57,122 nucleotides of DNA from Octopus bimaculoides (lineage: Eukaryota). Location: contig NC_068985.1 of NCBI RefSeq assembly GCF_001194135.2, forward strand, positions 51,021,821 to 51,078,942, written 5' to 3'. The notes beneath the pieces are model-generated. The model saw only the letters and a list, made by a program, of their open reading frames with translations. It was not told where the DNA came from and ran no database searches. This document shows positions 50,892 through 57,122 of the stretch, piece after piece. The position numbers and the translations under genes are program-made. Positions within the stretch are counted from its first letter, which is position 1; every line of letters starts with the position of its first letter.

Positions 50892-51940
50892 CGCGAGCGT
50901 GTGTAATTGTGAAGCAAAGACTAATTTCTTTAGTTTGGAAATAAAACATTTATGAAAGTGCTATAAGATGGGCTCGGGAGTAGGAGGACCGGAGAACATT
51001 GATACTACTCACCCCAGCCTTCGACATGTGGCGTCTACCAGCCAGTCAACACGGAAAAATACAAGCCGTTAAAAACTTTCTATTTACAATAACAAGTATT
51101 AAAAGATCTGGGTGGCAGCAGCCAGGATACATGCAGTTTTTATTTTCAGTAGACGAAAGGACTGGGGTGGGTGATGTCACGAAATAACAACAGAAAACCA
51201 GCTACAACTAACCGTCTATGTTTGTGTAATTATAAAAAAAAAACAACAACATAGAATTAAATATGTTTCTTCAATAGAGCAAAGTTGTAATCAAAGCGAC
51301 TATTCCTCAAAATATGTATGCCAGCAAACACACTCGTTTACGAACATATGCTTCACGTCCCTCCCACTACACAATTATAAGTATTAAAACTTAAATTCCT
51401 CTTCTCATGGCTCTGGGTTCACGACACTTATGATATATAATTCAAACTCCTAAGACACAAACAAAATTACTTATAGCGATGTGTAACGCACTGTTGTTGA
51501 TCCACATGGAAACTACAACTGAAGAAGTGAGCTATCTAAACACTAGTTTATTTAAATTGCCCTCCATTTAAAAACATCCAGAACGAGTTTTGTTGGGTTT
51601 TTTTAAAATCTAATTACTGCCATCAAATTGATACTTTCTACTTAAAGAGCAAAATAAAAATAATAGTTAGTTTAGGCAATAATCCAAATATCTGCTAAAT
51701 GATCACATCAAAACCAAACAACCTGACTTGTATTTTGTTCTGAGAATAAAAAGAAAACATCTTTGCAAAAAAAAGAAAAAAAAAGTGATGATACAATCTA
51801 ATATTATGCCTTAGCTACAAGACACGGGGAAGTTGTGGTGTTCATACCTTCCTCAACAACAAATCCAACAAGTAAATGCTATTTGTGAAACTTAAGTATG
51901 TAATGGTATTTGGCAACAGTTCTGCACCAAAAATACTCAC

Positions 51941-52095
51941 CACTTTACTTGTCAGCAGAAGATCTGAAGTAAATAAACAGTGTCGGAGACAGCTCGAGGG
52001 AAATGCAGCGATACGTGTGAAAATGTTTTCTAACCATATAAAGCGAACTGAGTAGTTAGCTGACGGGTAGTAGCAAGTAGACACACGTGCTTGAC
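51941..52095 (-). other. Candidate non-coding first exon of eEF2K
   Basis: Minus-strand donor GTG|GTGAGTA at 51941/51940 (alternative AAG|GTATGA at ~51848). Lies in a CpG-richer unique segment with an E-box (CACGTG ~52083). No transcript evidence. Confidence 0.3.
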
Positions 52096-54720
52096 AAATC
52101 AATATGCAGACACAGATTGTATACAAAGTGCATAACAGAACAAAACAAATCGTCACTACGAACTCTACTCGCAATATCAGTGAACCATAAGATATTATTT
52201 TGTACTTATGTATCAACTTTCGTTTGTCCGGGAGCAGTTACAGCCTGGTGGAGCCATACATCTTTTGCAAAGAAGGAACGTGTTAGATACATTGAAATAA
52301 AGACAGGATAGCCATGATTGGAATATTTTTCGATCATAGGTTTGCTTACTGGAATCTATGACTGGCTAAACAGCAACGAATAAAAGTTGTGTAAGAATGA
52401 AGCTAAATAATAACAGAAGTTGTGCAGGAGTAGAGCAAAACAACAGATACAAGTTGTGTGCATCAATTAACTTTAAAGCATAATGAGCACTGTTGTTGAT
52501 TCACAATATCTAAAATTCCCCACAAATAGTTTCAATACAGTTTTGACAAAGATTTGGAAGAATAAGATGAAAGTTCTCCGGTAATGCTTGTTAATTAAAA
52601 AAATTGTCAGCCAAACCCCATAAAATATCTAAGCAGCTTATTAAATTGTCCTCAGTTTAAGCCTTGAAAGCGAGTTTTTATATTTTTAAAATTTTAATTA
52701 CCATCATCAAATTGATGCTTTCTGCTTAATGATCATAAATAATACATATAAAGTTGATTCAGGCAATCGCCCAAAAATCCGTTGAATAATCAAAATCCAA
52801 TGTCGAATAATTAGATAAACAATAGCAACTCTCCCCACCTTCCTCATATTCAAAATTGTCTAAATTTGTCGTAACTAAACGCATCTAATCTGATCAACAA
52901 TTTACTTTTTTCGCAATAAGTAGGTGGAAGAAATAATAACTAAATAACAACACGTGTGTTTCCTAAGGACAATATATGTATAATTTCATTTTATTTGCAA
53001 TCGCTTCTTAAAGCTAAATGAAGAAATGACCAAACAATGCCTTTTAAAACTTCTGTAAAATTAATATGGAAAAGGAAAAAAAAATCAACAAAAAAAAACA
53101 AAAACGATCTAGCATGAATTAGAGATACTGCTTTCAAAACAGCAATGAAAGTATCTTTTGACATATTTGTACTTTGGCTCTCAATGAAAATATTTATGAG
53201 TAGCAAAACAAAGTGGGTGGGCAACGTGATTGGTATCTAAATAATTGCAACCATGAAGATTAACGTTTGCAATTAATTAAAAACAGAATTAGCAACCAAG
53301 TTAGTTATTAATCGATAGAATTCGACGCAAATTATATTGCACTTGTAATCGTTTCGGGTACTAGCATGGCAAAGATTGAAAACATGAGCCAGCAAGGCAA
53401 CCTCTAAATGATCGCTCAACCCTGCTAGAAATATTAGCCAAACTCCCTTAAATCACTTCCCTACTGTTCTAAAAGAAAATGGCTTATACAATATAGTCCT
53501 AAAATGATGAGATGGTCACGGTTGGAACGCACTGTCGTCCACCGATTCAATTATAGCTGTCCTGCAGCAAAACAATTACAAAGTTATGTTTATTATAATG
53601 TAAATTATTGCATCATTGAAAAAAAAAATCATTATTATATTGATGTTTATAGTATCACATTTCCAAAGACTAAGTCTTTAGATTTACTGATGTAATATTC
53701 TAAGAAATAATTTCATAATGTCTATTCAGACCTTTAACTGGGTTGAGTTTGTTTTACCAACATCAGCTAGTAAAAACAGACCCAAAAAACCGTCCCTTCT
53801 CCAGATGACATAATGAATGAAGGGTGTTAATGGTCTCACCAAACCAAATAAATGTTGCATAAGGAATAAATTTGCATTTTATTCTAGGTGGTTGAACTAT
53901 TCTGAACAAAGAGAAATTGCAAAGCATGTCGATTATATATATATATATATATATATGACATGACCAAACAAGAGAATTCATTCATAACTGAACAGCAAAA
54001 CAGATTTTGGTTTCTTATTACGTCGTAAGATTAGACGGAATGAAAGATGCTGACGAACAAACATTTTTTTTTTAACATTACATACTTTGTTTATTAAACA
54101 ACAAAATTCATTTTCTGAGAAATTAGTAGGGCTATTTAAATCAAATTCAGTATTTACCAGTAATCATCAGCAATAATGTTGTTGTTGTTATTACTACTAC
54201 TACTACTACTGTTATCACTCAAGGAACAATGGAAACAGCATTTGAAATCGACGTGAAGTGAACTCAAAATAAGTTAAGATGAAATATCTTAGGCATTTCT
54301 CCTCGAAGACACCTCACTGGACTGAAAGTTCACAAACCCGATTTAAAAGAAAAAAAAGGTTTACGAAAAAGAAAATTTTAAAATTGTATTAACCAAATTG
54401 GTCAGTCCTGGATCTGCTTTCTATGATGCGAGGAATTTATATTCAGTAGAAACAGGTGGAGATAATACAATAATCGAGTATAAATAATGTTATGAAAGGA
54501 ATAAAGGTAGTGTGGTTTTCGTGCACAAAATTTGATATACAACACACACGTATGCTTCTCAATCTGATTGAGTGAGCGAACGTATTCATCTCTGAGGTTC
54601 CAAACCTTTGGACTACAGGTCTAAAAGCCCTTAACCGCCTACTTACCCGACCCAATAACCTAATAGGTAAGTAGGCAAATGACTAGAAAAACAGTTTTGT
54701 TTTAGTTAACCCCAGTAAGG

Positions 54721-54734
54721 GTTGTTATGGAAAC
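54721..54734. promoter_or_regulatory. RFX X-box motif GTTGTTATGGAAAC
   Basis: Exact match to the GTHNYY-AT-RRNAAC consensus in a CpG-richer unique region. Confidence 0.4.
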
Positions 54735-55489
54735 GACAAACTTCCTGGCGGTTTCCATTAACTGAATTTTATTATGTATTTGTCAATCCCAAGCAATAGT
54801 AGAAAGCACTTGCCTAGGGTTTCATGCAGTAGGATCGAACCCGTAACCACGTATTTGCTAAGCGAGCTTTTTAACAACACAGCTATGCGAATACCTGCAC
54901 GAAATGTTTTCCAACATTATTTCATAACGAATCTCTGGCACAAAGCCAGAAATTTTCGGAACAGTTTAATTGATTACCTCAACCGCTGTACTAGACTATC
55001 ACTTTATTTTATCGACCCCGGAAAGATGAAAGATAAAACTGATCTCAGCAGGATTTGAACATAACAAAACATGACACTTACGAATGGAGTCCTAAACGCA
55101 GCCGCAGGAGAAATCACTAGCAGTAGCCTTGAATAGGAAGTTAAATGATGTCCTTAAAATGATTTTCTCTTTTATTTCTTGCTAAGTAAACAGTTTTTCG
55201 GATATTGAAGAGGTCGACCTTGATATTACGATCGGAAGATTTGTACAATACTATTTTTGATTAACAACAAAATCCTCGAAGTTGATTAATGTCAAGGACG
55301 AACAGAAAATAATTGTGTCGTTTTCCTTTCTTTTCTTTTGTATTTAAAAATTTTTTTAATAATAACAACAAAGAGTGGAAGAAAAACCGTTCCTGGTGTC
55401 TACAGACACAATATCGAAGACTTCACGACAATCAAAACTCTGGCTGGTTTGCTATTTTTCTCTGCGAAGGTCTCGACTTGAAGCAGTGT

Positions 55490-55860
55490 TGCGCCCATAG
55501 CCTGCTTGATATATAAACTGCTTGCTTGCCAGCCAAAAAGTAGGCGGGGACACCAATCTTGTATGCTTGTTATGGTTACGTCCTTTTTAAAAATAGTCTC
55601 TTTTCAAAGATGAAGGAATTATTTTGTTTTCAGGAAGCTCTGAAATTCCTTTCGACTGTAGTAGCAATAGAATACGCTGATATCGTCCCATCAGTGAGAA
55701 AGGACGAGAGAGATAAAAGAGCTGTTTGTAAGCACGGAGTAGCGACATGAAATCTGGGTAGCGACGAAGTAAAGGCGTCGTGTTGAAATAGGCGAGATAG
55801 CTGACCAACGGAAGCACAAGTTAATACTTTGGGAATCCACAAGCTGAAAATTGCTTGTGT
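55490..55860. promoter_or_regulatory. Promoter-like CpG-richer segment
   Basis: TATATAAA ~55511, GGCGGGA immediately followed by CCAAT (~55544-55557), CGGAAG ~55809, and many CpGs relative to the flanks. Confidence 0.35.
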
Positions 55861-56049
55861 TTTCCCTGAATGAAAAGTTACTACTGACTCTCTAGACTGA
55901 ATAATATTTGTATAAATTTCTACTTCAGCAAATATTATTTCGTAAAGCAGGAAATATTTCCAAAGACACGTACACTTCCGAACACCATATATATATATAT
56001 ACAGCTATATAAACATGAGCATGCGCATCAGTTTAAAGATATAACAACA

Positions 56050-56390
56050 ACACCCCTCTCTCTCTCTCACATAGTTTCACACCCAATTTCTCTCTCTCTC
56101 TCACCCTTCCTCTTTCTCGATCTTTCTAGATCCTTCTCTCTCTCACCCTTCCTCTTTCTCGATCTTTCTCTCTCTTCTTTCTTTCTTTCTCTTTCCATCC
56201 GCCTCTATTCATCACTACTCACACTCTTTGTTTGTTGTTCCCTCATACTCTGTGTTCTCTCTCTCTCTCTCTCTCTGTATCATTCTTTTTCTTCTTTCAC
56301 TACTGTTTTTTCCATTTGATACTCTTTGTTGTTACCTTTCTCTCTCTCCCTCTCTCCCTCTGCCTCTTCTTTGTCTCATCTTTCACTTAC
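56050..56390. repeat. CT-rich polypyrimidine tract with an internal ~38-bp duplication
   Basis: ttctctctctctcacccttcctctttctcgatctttct occurs twice (~56089 and ~56133). Confidence 0.85.
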
Positions 56391-57023
56391 ACTAACACAT
56401 GGTACAAACAAGCGGACATTTATAATACATCAACGATCACGTTCTTTCTGTCATACTATTTATCAATTAAATATAAATTAGCAAAGAGAAATAACTCAGA
56501 GTAGTTAATGGTATGTATATGGACAACAAAAACAAACAAGAGTAAGCAAAAATTTTATCTTGTATATGATTTAATAAACCCTTATTCATTATAGTTGTTC
56601 AAACATATGCAAATATATGCTCCTGATTTATTTCTCTTAGCTCCTTTACTTTGCATTTATGCAAATTTCTCAGGTCATTATTGTGTTCTCTCTTTTCATT
56701 AGTCTAAGTATCTCATCTGCTGAGAAAGGTAGGAAAATTATTGTGCTACTGGCACCATTTGGAGACAAGTACACGTAAACACCTGTCCTCTTATTTTTAC
56801 TAGTTTCAGCCATTAACCTGCGGCCATGCTGGGTCACTTCCTTGAAGAATTTTAGTCAAACGACTGGACCCCAGTACGTTTTTTTCTTTTTTAAAGCCTG
56901 ATACTTCTTGTATTGGCTCTCTTTGCCGAACCGCTATGTTACAGAGACGTGAACACGCTACACTTGCTATCAAGTGGTGGTGATGGACAAACACAGACAC
57001 AAAGACACTCGCATATAGATATA

Positions 57024-57122
57024 TACGTGGTCTGATCAATAAGTATCTGGACTGTTGCCATAGTAACGAAGCTAAAGCACGCAGAGTAAAGCTGCATGGC
57101 ACAGATTGACCTTGAACTCTGC
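57024..57122 (+). mobile_element. Left end of a mariner-type element running off the window
   Basis: TA|CGTGGTCTGATCAATAAGTATCTGGACT is a mariner-like TIR inserted after a TA dinucleotide. Confidence 0.65.

Noticed and set aside
55213-55300. Imperfect ~85-nt hairpin resembling a pre-miRNA
   Set aside because: Only the outer ~16 bp pair well and the inner stem has many mismatches; no expression evidence.

Overview
Eukaryotic, AT-rich, repeat-dense genomic scaffold with seven N-gaps (6245-6386, 7051-7341, 8860-9675, 17771-18080, 23974-24717, 31283-31590, 50007-50660). The SINE/RTE-LINE/microsatellite landscape looks like an Octopus (coleoid cephalopod) genome; this is inferred from repeat character, not from a search. 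Two genes lie on the minus strand. (1) An apparently complete eukaryotic elongation factor 2 kinase (eEF2K), rebuilt by hand from 11 phase-consistent GT-AG coding exons (43241 to 19739, 2067 nt, 688 aa). (2) The first coding exon of a GH29 alpha-L-fucosidase (2742 to 2003) with an unusual ~100-aa insert after its hydrophobic N-terminus. The rest is introns and intergenic DNA carrying decayed mariner, Tc1 and pogo DNA transposons, a mariner MITE, RTE and jockey-type LINE fragments, and tRNA-derived SINEs. The most striking unannotated signal is at 6139-6914: four type-I hammerhead-ribozyme-like motifs in inverted and direct arrangement, resembling a Penelope pLTR or retrozyme. One copy (6641-6704) has an essentially intact core and stem I. 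Also notable is a 27-bp coding minisatellite that multiplies an (R)HSP motif five times in the regulatory loop of eEF2K.
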